Notes under the pieces: generated by a model
Databases searched by the model: none
Told to the model about the DNA's origin: nothing
The model's input: the letters and a program-made list of their open reading frames with translations, nothing else
Translations under genes and position numbers: made by a program
Assembly: GCA_043773365.1 (NCBI GenBank)
Contig: JAYVFI010000002.1
Span: 89,815-153,814 of the forward strand
Direction of reading: 5' to 3'
Source: Ilumatobacteraceae bacterium
GTDB taxonomy: Bacteria; Actinomycetota; Acidimicrobiia; Acidimicrobiales; Ilumatobacteraceae
Length of the DNA stretch: 64,000 nucleotides
Part shown: positions 44,801-56,800 of the stretch, piece after piece
How positions within the stretch are numbered: the stretch's first letter is position 1
How the letters are laid out: every line of letters starts with the position of its first letter

Positions 44801-47800
44801 AAGCTGACACTCGGCGCTCAAACGATCACGTTCGGGAATGTGTCGCTCGGCTGGAGTTCGGCGAGCATGTCGATCAACACCACGCCGACGGTCGTCAACC
44901 AGTCGTTCGGCGGTCAGACACTCGACTTGCCGGCAGGCAGATTCTTCCGGATCGAAATCCTCAACGCAACGCTCACGATCGGGACCACGGTGCTGTCCGG
45001 CAGCATCTCGATCGAGCAGGCGACACTGCGGTGTGCGACCCCGGTTCCGATTGGATGCCTGCCGAAGACGATCACCAAGATCGGACTCGCCGGGGTCAGT
45101 GCCACGATCGACGGGCAGGCGCTGCTCAACATCAACGGCGCAATCGTGATTCTGCCCGACCTTGACGGCGCCGCAATCGGCACGAAGGGCATCGCCGGGT
45201 TCGTGGAGGCCGAACTCAACCTGAGCGCCGGCCCAGTGTCGTTCTCGGGTGACCCGTTCATCAAGATCAACACGACTGGAATCGCCGTCCACCAGACCGT
45301 GACGGTCGGAGACAGCGAGCTGATCATCGACGTCGCCGCAACTCCGACGTTCCAGGTCGGCATCGGCGACGTGAAGATCACGATCGGCGACTTCCTGACG
45401 ATCGAGGGAAGCGTGTCGTTCGGCAGCGATGGAAGCTTCTCGGGTGAGGGTCTGCTGCTGTTCGTCGGGTCCGGCCCACTGAACCTCGCCGACGGCACCC
45501 GCAACCCCGACGCCACAGGGATCCTGATCAAGAACACCCGAATCGTGATGCGCAAGGTCACGGTCGGGACGACGACCGGGTACGCGCTTGCGGCGACAGG
45601 CGATCTGGAGATCCTCGGCATCCCAGGTCTCAATCTCAGCGCAACCGGCGTCTACGTGCGCCTCAACACCACCGGAGCGCAGCAGCTCGGACTCGTCATC
45701 CCCGGCACGGAACCGATCGCCCAGCGAACCGTGAACTTCACGACGAGCGACGTCGTGCTCGACTTCGGGGCCGCCAACATCACCTTCTCGATCGGCGGTC
45801 TGCTGCAGATCGGTGGCGGCGTACGGTTCTCGAAGCGTCCGAACGGCACCCTCGACATCGCCTTGGCAGGCGCCTTCGTGAAGGTCGACATCGAAGCCGG
45901 AGGCAACTTCGCTGCCCCGGACTTCATGTTCGGCGGTTCGGCCAACTTCTCGATCGGTGGGCCGGAAGGATTCAAGCTCCAATCGTTCAAGGTCAACAGC
46001 TTCAACCTGTTCGGCCAGGACGGTCAGGTCGCCGCCGCACCCCCGCCGAAGTTCCTGCCGACCGCCGATCTCAAGTCGCCGTATGCCGGCCAGGTGCTCG
46101 CCCGCAGCGTCTTCAACGGACAGGGTTACATCGACGTCCAGTTCAACGACCTCAACAACGTCGGCATCGATGTGTCGACGATCATCGACAGCCAAAGCGA
46201 GTTTGATCTGCTCGTCAACGGACAGGTCTTGTCTGGCATCACGGTCAACGGCCGGCCGACACCGGTCGTCGGGCTGAAGAACGTCTACCGCTACACGATC
46301 ACCGGCACCATCCCCGAAGCCGGCGAAATCTCGGTGCGGTTCATCGCCGGCTCGTTCCGCGACCTGGGCACGACGCCATCGTCGAACGCGATCGAGACCG
46401 AGTACTTCACGCTCGTCAATCCGTTGCCGAATGGGGTCCTCCCGCCCGCCGGACCCGTCGGACAACTCGCCCTTCCGGTCAGCGGCGGATCGATCTCGCT
46501 CGTCCAGATCAACGCCCAGAAGTACATCGACGTCACGTTCGTCACCCGTTCCGGCAGCCCGATCAACGTCGACACGCTGAACGGCGACGAGTTCACGCTG
46601 TCGGGCGCGATCACCACAAACCTGGTGATGCTGGCAGGCACCGGCGGGATCCCCGACATCATCGGTCAGCCGCTCAAGATCGGTCCGAACACGTTCCGCT
46701 ACTACCTCAAGACGGTGCCGCGGGTCGTCAGCACCGTGCCACTCCCCGCCGGCACGCCTGCTCCGGCACAACCGCTGTTCACGACCGGCGTCGTGACCGT
46801 CACCTTCCGGGCAGGCAGCTTCGCCACGATGGACGGCGGTCTCAACGTCGCCCGCACCGAAACATTCACGGTCGACCCGGCAGCCGCAGGCGAGACAGCC
46901 TCAGGTGGGGCGATCGCGCTCGGCCCGTTGGAGTTGGAGGGGCCGACCGTCGGCCTCGCCGACGTCGGCTTCAAGGACGGTCTGCTCGTTCTGACGATCG
47001 CCGTCGGCGTCAACCGGGCAAGCCTCAACTTCGGTCGGAGCAACACGCCTGCGCCGACGACAGGCCCGCAGACTCAGCAGCAGTCGGCCGGGGTGTCGGT
47101 CGACCTGCTCGGCGTGCTCGGCACGTTCGACCTCGGCGTCGATGTGTTCGGCCTGCTGTCGGGCAACGTCCGGGTGGAACTGCCGGGCAAGTGGAGCTTC
47201 TCGGTGCAGTCGCTCGAAGTGATCGTGCCCGACGTCGTGACGATCACCGCCGAGGGCATCTCGATCAAGTACGACCCGGCCGGCGCCGCCGACCAGGAGA
47301 TCGTTCGCATCGACGAAGCGATCATCCAGTTCCAGAAGTTCGCACTGCGAGGCACGATCCGCACCTTCGATCCGACACCCGGCATCAACGGAACGGCCGG
47401 CGACGAGATTCCTGGCCTCGTGATCCGCAAGAATGGTTTCGCGCTCGGCGTCGTCGAACTCTGTTATGGCTGCGAGGCGCCGTCGACCGCGATCGGGAAC
47501 TCGCCAGTCACCGGCCAACCGATTCCGCCCACCCAGACAGCGGCATCGACCGACCCGAACGCGACCGCGGCAACCACGATCAAGTTCGGCAGCATCCTCG
47601 AGTTCGACGACATCCGCATCATCATCGAGAATTTCTCGTACACGGTCGGCTCTGACGTCGACTTCGACGGGTCGATCGCGATCGCATCCGGTGGCGCCAA
47701 GTTCTTCCCCGGCCGTCCGATCTCTGCCACGATCACAGACCGACTCACGGCCGACGACAGGCGCGACGACGGCCAGCCGGACACCGAGGCGCTGCGCCTC

Positions 47801-50800
47801 CAGCTCGACTTCGAGAACGGCCACGTCACCGGCTTCGTGTTCGAGATCGACACGCTCGTCCTCAAGATCAACGACTTCATCGAGGTCCGCGCCGTCGGCT
47901 TCCGTTTGAACACCGGCGCCGGCGCAACCGAGGCGCTCGTCGAGTTCCTGCAGGTGTCGGCCAAGGTGACGATCGGCAGCCTGACGATCGGCGGCGAGGC
48001 GCGTAACTTCGCAATCCTCGGCAACGGCACATTCGACGCACGACCCGGCTTCGGAGTCTTCCTTTCGGTCGGGTCGGCGAGCGGCGCCAGCTTCAAATGG
48101 CCGGAATGGCTGCCGGTCCGGATCAACGCACTCGGCATCGAATGGCCCGACTTCGACGAACACCCGACCGACTTCCTGATCACACTCTCGGTCTCGATCG
48201 AGGGCATGCCGTCGATCGGCGGCCTCGAATTCTCCGGCGCGATCGAGGGCCTCAAGATCTCGCCTCGCCTGCTGCTCGAAGGCAAGTTCCCGATCGTCGA
48301 GATCTCCTCGATCGCAGTCAGTGTCAAAGGCAAGCTGTTCGGCGGCGAACTGACGGCGACACTGCTCGGCGGGATCATGCGCTTCGACGCCGCCGGCAAT
48401 GCGATCGGCGACTTCGACCGCACCACGGAAGTCGCCGACCGGGTGCTGTTCTTCGGCATCGAGGGTGGATTCACGCTGGCAGGAATGGGCCTGCAGATCC
48501 GCCTCGGACTCTCCGAACTCGGCCCGCTCGAGGTCCAGATCGTCGCTGCGATCCCCGTGTTGATCGTGCCCCAGATCGGTCTCACGATCACCAACTTCAC
48601 GGCGGGTGTCAAGTTCTTCACCACGCTGCCTTCGATCGAGGATCCGTTCGACTTGCGCAGGCCCGAGTTCAGCACGTCGACGACCGTCAGCGCCGGCGAT
48701 TGGCTGACCACACTCAAGCAGCAGGTCGCCAACCAGTTCAGAGCGATCAAGGCCAACCCCTCCCAGAGCGGTTTCGCCGCCGCGTTCACCTCGCCGATGC
48801 TGATCACCGGTGGCGCCGACATCTACTCGTCGTTCCTGTCACAGCAAGTGTTCCGAGGCCGCATCCAACTCAAGATCTCGACCGACGGCAAGATCTTGAT
48901 CGCCGGCCAACTGATCTTCCTCGACGGCCTGCTGACCATGAGCGCCAAGCTGTACGCCGACTTGTCGCGGATCGCCGAAGGCAGCGCAACGATTCTGTTC
49001 CTCGCCGACATTCCCGACGATCCCACGATTCGGCTGCTGACGTTGCACGGCAAGTTCAAGATGGGCTTCCGGACCGCCGGGGGCGCAGAGATGACGTTCG
49101 ACATCACCGACGAGGTGCCCAACACGGTCAACGTCGTGCGCCCAACCGTCGGTCTGATCGACCCGCTGAATGTCGCTTCGACCGACACGACGGTGCGCTC
49201 GGCCGACATCGCCGTGGTCAACGCCGCCACGCACCGCGAAGGAGGCCGGAACTATCTCGACGTCGAGTACTCGGCGCCTGCCGGGGCAGCACTCGATTGG
49301 GACTCGATTCTCGATGCCGGTGACGAGTTCACCTTGATGATCAACGGGCAGGCGGTGACGGTCGACGGCACACCGATTCCGGTCGTGAGTTCGTTCGACG
49401 CCAACGGCAACCTGATCACGGTTGCGCTCGTGCCGAACGCCGGCGAGACGCTCGCCGAGGCGATCGCTCGAACCGGCACGCGCCGGTTCCGCTACCTGAT
49501 CGGGCCTGCCAACTACGCCTTCCCGATGGGCGACGCCGTGCTCTCGTTCACCGCAGGCGCGTACAAGCTCGCCGACCTCACGCAGGCCAACGGCACGGTT
49601 GTGGCCGGCAGCGCCAACGAGGCTTCGTCGCTGACATTTACGATCGACGGGACGACCGCGTCCCTGCTCGACCCGGGGAATTCCGGCGGCATCGACATCA
49701 ACGACCTGAACAGCCGGGGCTTCATCGACGTGACGTTCCGGCCGACCAAGGGCGGCGCCACGCTCAATCAGGGCTCGGTGCTCGACGGCAGCGACGAGTT
49801 CACGTTCGGGGGAACGTCGGCTGCGGGCGTCACGCTCGTCTCGGTCGAACTGGTCGGAGTCGACACGTTCCGGCATCACTTCACAGGCGCCTTCACCTCG
49901 GGTGCCGTGACCGTCGACTTCATCGCCGGTCGCTGGACCGATTCGTCGACGGCCACCAACCGGGCGTTCAGTCTCACGTTCGAGGTGCGCGGCGCGACCG
50001 GCGACCTGACCAACCCCGGCGTCGGCAGCGCGATCGGGCGCGGTCAGATCAACACCGCCGGCTACGTCGAGATCACGTTCCGACCGACGAGCGGCTCGCT
50101 GATCGATCACAATTCGATCAACGGCGGCGAGATCGTGCTGCGTGATTCGACCGGCGCAACGATCACCTTGCAATTGCCGGACCGCGTCGTCATCGGCGGC
50201 GTCGGAACCGACACGTATCGCTACCGGTTCGCGGGGACATTGACCGCCGGGGAATACACGGTCGAGTACATCGCCGGAACATTCTCCGACGTCGACGGCA
50301 ACCTCAACCTCGCCGAATCCGAGATCTTCACGGTTGCCGAGGCGATCGCAGCGCTCGTCGATCCGGTGTCGCGTGACCGAATCGACCGGGAGGTCCTCAA
50401 CGGTCGTCATTACATGGACGTCACGTTCACTCCGGTTGGCGGGAGTTGGACACTGGTCGTCGACAGCGCCGGCAGCGACCTTCGCGTCGCCGCAATCGTC
50501 TCGATCATCGACTCCGGTTTGGAGTTCACGTTGTCCGGCGCCGACAGCCAGAACGTCGGTCTGAGCGGCGCTGCAATCGCCGTGATCACACCGAAGGTCG
50601 GCGCCGTTCAGGTGATCGCCCGAAATGTCGGCGAGTCCGACAACGCCTACGCGTCGAGGGTGCTCGCAGCTTTCGACGCCGCAGGCAAGGACGCCACGCT
50701 GACGTTCCGCTATTCGTTCACGAACACCTTCAACGCCGGGCGCGTCACGGTCACCTTCACCGAGGGCGCATGGAACGACGCACGAGGCAACGGCGGCGCC

Positions 50801-53800
50801 GCTCGCACACAGCAGTTCGCGTCAGTGACGAAAGCCGAGTCGTTCTTCATCGAACTGTCAGGCGGCCTGATCCTCAGCGCCGGTCAGGACATCAAGCTGC
50901 TCGAACTCGAAGCCAAGGTTCAGGTCGAACTCGACTTCGCCCGTTCGGTCTTCTCGCTCGACTTCAACGGTCGACTGACCGTGATCGGGCTCGGCACGAT
51001 CGGCTCCACGGCGGGCCGCTTCGTGCTCGACACCGGTGATGGGTTCAAGTTCTGGGGCGTGATGACGGTCGAAACCGACTTCAGCAAGCTCGAGCAGTAC
51101 GGCATGTTCCTGTTCGGCAAGGGAACGCTCACGGTCAACACCACGACCGAGGCACGCTGCGAGACGATCACCCTGCCTGGCCTGGCCACTGCGGCCACCA
51201 GCGCCGCCCCGTGTGTCGCCGAGCCGACGAGCTTCGGCGCAGGCACCGGCGCCACCCGCACGTTCCTGCTGGCGCCGCAGAGCTTCTCGGTCGAGATCCT
51301 TGGCCAGTTGCGGATCAGAGTGCCCGGAACCACGACCGATCTGGTGCGCATGCAGGGTGGCTTCGTGTTGCGGATCGATCCGACCCGGTTCGAAGTGTTC
51401 GCGACCGCCGAGATCTCGTTCGGCATCGGTGACGCCCAGCTGACATATGCCCAGGCCACCGGCCTGCTGATCATCAAGACCGGCGTCGACGGCCTCACGC
51501 CAGGCATCGCAGGGATGCTCAAGACGGGTCGGTCCGCCGGCCTCGGAATCCCCGGTGTCGGCAGCCTGTTCAGCGCCAGCGGCAGCGTCTCGGTGATGTT
51601 CAACACCACATTCGAAGACCAAATCTTCCTGATCCCCGAGTCGTTCTACCCGTTGCTCCACCCGGGCGAACCGACGTCGATCAGCATCTTCAAGTCGGCC
51701 CCAGGGCTCGACGGCCAACGCGACCCTGCCGGCAACCCCAACGGCGAGGTCTATGTCGTCGCCACGATCCAGGCCGAATTGCAGATCGGCCCGATCACGC
51801 TCGTCGGCTTCATCCAGATCGAGGTAGCGGCAAGCGGCGAGGGCGGACGATTCGTCCTGACGGGCGCTGTGTCGACCGAGATCGACTTCATCGGGGCGCT
51901 CTCCGGCACGATCAATCTGAACATCTACATCGGTCCGAAGTCCGGCGTCGTCGGCCGCGTGCAGCTGGCGTTGCAAGCCGGGCTCCCGAGCCCGTTCGGC
52001 GTCGACCTGTTCCGGCTCGAAGGCGACTTCCTGCTGGAGATCAACGCTGTGATCGGCGGCAGTGGAGTCGAAACCGTCGACACGTTCCTGATCGGCAGCG
52101 ACGGCAAGTTCCTGCGCAACCCCGACGGCTCGTTGCAGGTCGGATCCGTTGTGATCAATCCGGGCGTCAAGCTGCGGCTGTCGGGCAAGGCAACCCTGCT
52201 CGGCGCGCTCGAGCTTGAAGGCAAGTTCACGCTCGACATTGCGCCGGGGGTGATCGAAGTCACGGTTGACGCCCGGTTGAAACTGAATCCGTTCGGTTCA
52301 TTGCAGGCGACCGGTGGGTTCCGCATCGACGGTCAGGGCGTGTTGTTGAAGGCCACGCTGGCGATGAGCGCCGCATTCGGCGGCGACATCGGCCTGCGGT
52401 TCTCCGCCAGTGCGTTCGTCTCGTTCAACTCGTCGGACTCGGTGCGCACGCTCGGTGGTCTCGGCAATGTCGACCCAGGCCTCAAGATCCGGATCGACGG
52501 CAGCATCGAGTTCCTCGGGTTTGCGAGCGCCAGCGGCTTCGCCGAGATCCTGATCAACAGCACGATCACCCGGATCGAATTCGGTGTCACGTTCTCGATC
52601 GGAGGCGTGCTCAACTTCGAAGCGTCGGGCGGCGCAGAGGTCTCCTACGGCTCAGACCCTGGCCTCGCCTTGCGGCTCCACGTCAGCGTCACCGCAGACG
52701 CCACGATCTTCCGCATCGAGGCCAGCGGCGACCTCGAACTGAACACCACCAACACGACGCGGCTCGGGATCACACCGCACTCGTTCCTACTCCGGTTGAG
52801 CGGTGAAGTGTCGATCCTCGAAGTGCTCAACTTCGACGCCAGCTTCCAGGTGGTCGTCCGCAACGGCGGCTGGCGATTCGATTTCGACGCGACCATCGAC
52901 TTCTTCGGGATTCTCACGATCGACGGGTTCGGCTTCCTCGACTCGCGCGGGAACTTCGACATCACGCTGCAGGGCCGCTTCGTGATCGGCACCGAGAGTT
53001 TCGGTCTCTCGGGCGACGCCACGTTCAGGGTGTGGAACATCACCACGCTCGATGCGTCAGGGAACGATTTCTTCAGCTTCGGGCTGTCGATCGACGCCAA
53101 CCTGCGGGCCAAGCTGTTCGGGATCACGCTCGCCGGCGTCGGGTTCAACGTCACGTTCGAGGCCAACAGCGGCACCAGCACCGATGGCCGCGTGAAGATC
53201 GAACTGAGTGTGACGGTCAGGATCACGATCCTGTTCATCACGATCAGCAAGACCGCCCGCTTCACGATCGGCTACCTGCAGCTGCCACCGCCGGTGTTCC
53301 TCGCCGGTGACGCCGACGGCCCGTCTGTCGGCACGAACTGGACCGACGCAGGCGGGATCCTCTACCTCAACGTCGGCGCCGGTCGATATCAGTTCCGCAA
53401 CATCGGCGACGATTGTGAGAGTGCGCCGGGCGTGCCCGCCTACACCGGTGACTGCCGCGACGAGACCTACATCATCCGTCAGATCGGATTCAACGACGCC
53501 GGGTCGCCGCTCACCCAGGTGACGGCGTACGGTCGCACGAACTCGTTCGCCAACGTCACCGAGATCCGTGCGATCGGAGGCGCCGGCGGCGGCGGGTTCG
53601 GCGCCGGCAACGATCAGCTCTACATCGACTCCACGGTCACGGTGCCGGTCAAGGTCCAGATGGGCAACGACGACGACTTCGTGTCATACGGCGGGGCCAA
53701 CGCAGCGAGCACGATCGAGGGCGGCGACGGCGCCGACAACCTCGAATGGACCGGCAGCCTCGCCGTTGGCACACCGAAGGCCAGCCTGCTGGCGTTGATC

Positions 53801-56800
53801 GGCGACGCCGGTGACGACTACATCGCCCTGCTCGGCGGCGCCGGCCGGGCCTACGGTGGCGCCGGCGCCGACTACATCGTCGGCAGTGCGTTCGGCGACC
53901 TGCTCGATGGTGGGAGCGGTGAGGACGAGATCGTCGGTGGTGGTGGTCCCGACACGATCACCGGCGGTGTCGACCGCGACAAGATCGTGCTCACCCACGC
54001 CAGCCGCGGCACCACGGTCGATGGTGGGAGCGAGGTCGACTATCTGGTGGTGTCGGCATCGTCGAGCGGCGACACCGTAAACCTCGGCACGCAGACCGAT
54101 GGAAGCGGACTCGACATCACGTTCGTCGACGCCGACCCGTCGCTGGCCGGGAGCATCCTGGCCGAACTGGTCGAGAACGTGACGTTCTTCGCCGGGTCCG
54201 GCAGTGACACCATCAGGGTCAACGAGCTCCGGGGAAGCGGTGTCAGCAGTCTCGAAGTCGGTCTCGGCACACTGGAGACGATTACCGGATTCGTCGATGT
54301 CACCGAGACGATCACCAACCCGGCGCCGGGCACCCCGGCCACGATCACCCGCTCCGTGCCCGTCATCACCACGATCGACGACAACGCCCCCGATCGTCTG
54401 ACGGTGTTCGGCTCCGACCTTGGCGACATCTTCACATTGACGACGGAGGAGCCCGACACCACGAGCGGCTTCTACCGCAAGATCCGCACGACCCGCCGGG
54501 TCGCCGGCCAACCGTCGTACTCGTACGACCTGATCACCAGCGGTTCGCGACGAATCGAGGGTGACGTCTTCAGGATCGAGAGCGGTCTCGGCAACGACAC
54601 GATCGACGCCGGAGCGCTCGGCGCCAAGCAGACCGTCAGTGTCGCTGGGACGCCCGTGGTCGTCGCGGGCGGCGACCTCGTCGCCTTGCAGTTCGTGACA
54701 GGCGCAGGCAACGACACGTTGGTCGGCTCGCCGTGGAACGACCTGCTCGACGGCGGCGCCGGAAATGACCGCTACACCGGCGGCGCCGGTCTCGACACGT
54801 TCTTCGACGCATCGCCGGCGACCGACATCGACATCCTCGTCGAGGTCTTCGACCGTGACATGGGCCTGTTCGACGACACATTCGTCGTCGGCGCCGTGCT
54901 CGCCGACGACGGCACCTCGTTCGGTCTGCGGCCACCGGTCACACAGACGTTCCTGGAGGAGGAGTTCCGGACCGACGACCCGAACCTGAGGTTCCCGAGC
55001 CGTGGTGACCGATGGACCTCGACGACGATCGTCGAAGACCTCAAGCACATCTTCGAAGAAGCCGACCTGCGCGGTGGGAGTGGCCGCAACGTGATGGTCG
55101 TCGGTGACGCCAACGGTCAGATCCAGGTCGGAAGCGGTATCCGCCAGGTGTCGGCGTGGACCGGAAAGGTCAGTCTCGACAACCTCGACAACACCGAAAA
55201 TGCCTTCCCCGAGTACTACGTGCTGAACGTCGTCGGCGGCAACCGGTCGCGAATCAGCATTCGAGACACGGCGGGCAACGACATGCTGCTCGTGTTCGGC
55301 ACCGATGGCGCCGACAAGCTCGCCCTCAACGCCCAGGGCACCGGCGCCGCACGCACCGGCTTCATCACGATCGGCGCCCGCGAGGCGGACGGCGCCGACT
55401 TCCGTGATTCGGTGCTGTTCCGCGGCGTCGAGTTGGTGCAGATCGACCTGCTCGGAGGGCCCGACTCGGTGCTGTCCGACGACACCGCCGTGATGACGAT
55501 CATCAACCTCGGCGGGGGAGACGACGAGATCGTGATCGGCACCGTGCCGCTCGTGCCCGACCCCGGTAATCGCACGCTCGAATTCCCCGACGGTGTGCCC
55601 GTGGCCGACACCGCCAACATGACCAACGGCAACTCCGCAGCCCTGTTCGTGCTCGGCGAGGGCAACAACGACCGCTTCGAGGTCAACCACAACCGCGGCA
55701 AGCTGTTCCTGCACGGTGGCGCAGGCAACGACCGGTTCCTCCTCAAGACGTTCCTCGTGCTGCGTGAGAACCCCGACGACAACGAAGAGATCACGAACCT
55801 CGCCTCGCTGTTCGGCGGCACGGGGACGAACCGCTACGACTACCTCCAGAACGCACCCGTGTTCATCAACGGTGGGCCGGGGCTCGACACGATCGTCGTC
55901 GTCGGCACCCCGATCGGCGACACGTTCATCATCACCGACGTCACGATCGTCGGGGCCGGCCGGATCACGACGTTCGTGGGCATCGAAGCGATCGAGGTCG
56001 ACGGCGCAGGCGGTCCCGACACGATCTGGGTGCTGTCGACCGGCGCAGGGGTCTCGACCACAGTGATCGGTGGTTCCGGTGACGACACGATTCACCTCGG
56101 CGGCACCCCGCCGCCGCTGATCCTCGACCCGCCGTCGTTCGTCTACACGCCTCCGCCGGTGATCGTCGAACTCCCGCCGGTGATCGTCTTCGAGGAGGTC
56201 ACCCTGGCCAGCGGCTCGGTGACGACCAGCTTCGACCGAAGCGTGTTCGACATCATCGCCTCGTTCTTCGGTGTCGGGACGAACGAGACGCAGCGCAGCC
56301 AGCTGCGCGCCCTCGACATCGCGGTTCGGGCGGCGAAGGGCTGGCTCGACGCCGCACGGGCGAGTGTGCCCTACTTCCAGGCGCCCAAGATCATGATCAA
56401 TGCCGGTGCTGGCGGGTTGATTCCGCTGCTCAACGCCGACGGAAGTCTGCGTTCGGCGGCGTCGTACTCGCCAACCGAGTTCGGCAACATTCTCGCCAAC
56501 ATCACCGTCGAGAACCGGGTGACGTTCAGCTTCTTCGGGATTTCGTTCGGGAGCACGACGGTCGCCCGAGTTGACAACCTGCTCGTCACCTACGAGGCCG
56601 GGCGCACGGTCGCCGTGACCAAGCTGATCCAGCCGCAGCCCGTCGTCGTCGACCCGCCGCCGTTCGTGTACGTCGCCCAGTCGGTGTACGACCTGACGGC
56701 GATCCGTGGCCGACTCACGATCCTCGGAGGGGAGTCCGTCGAGGGCGCAGGCGACCTGGTCGTCGTCCATAACCAGGACGGCAGCTCGGCAGCCAGTCGC

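Noticed and set aside
22100-45950. Diversity-generating retroelement or invertible cassette explanation for the repeat variation
   Set aside because: No reverse transcriptase or recombinase, no near-identical template/variable pair and no inverted repeats seen; units are diverged throughout.
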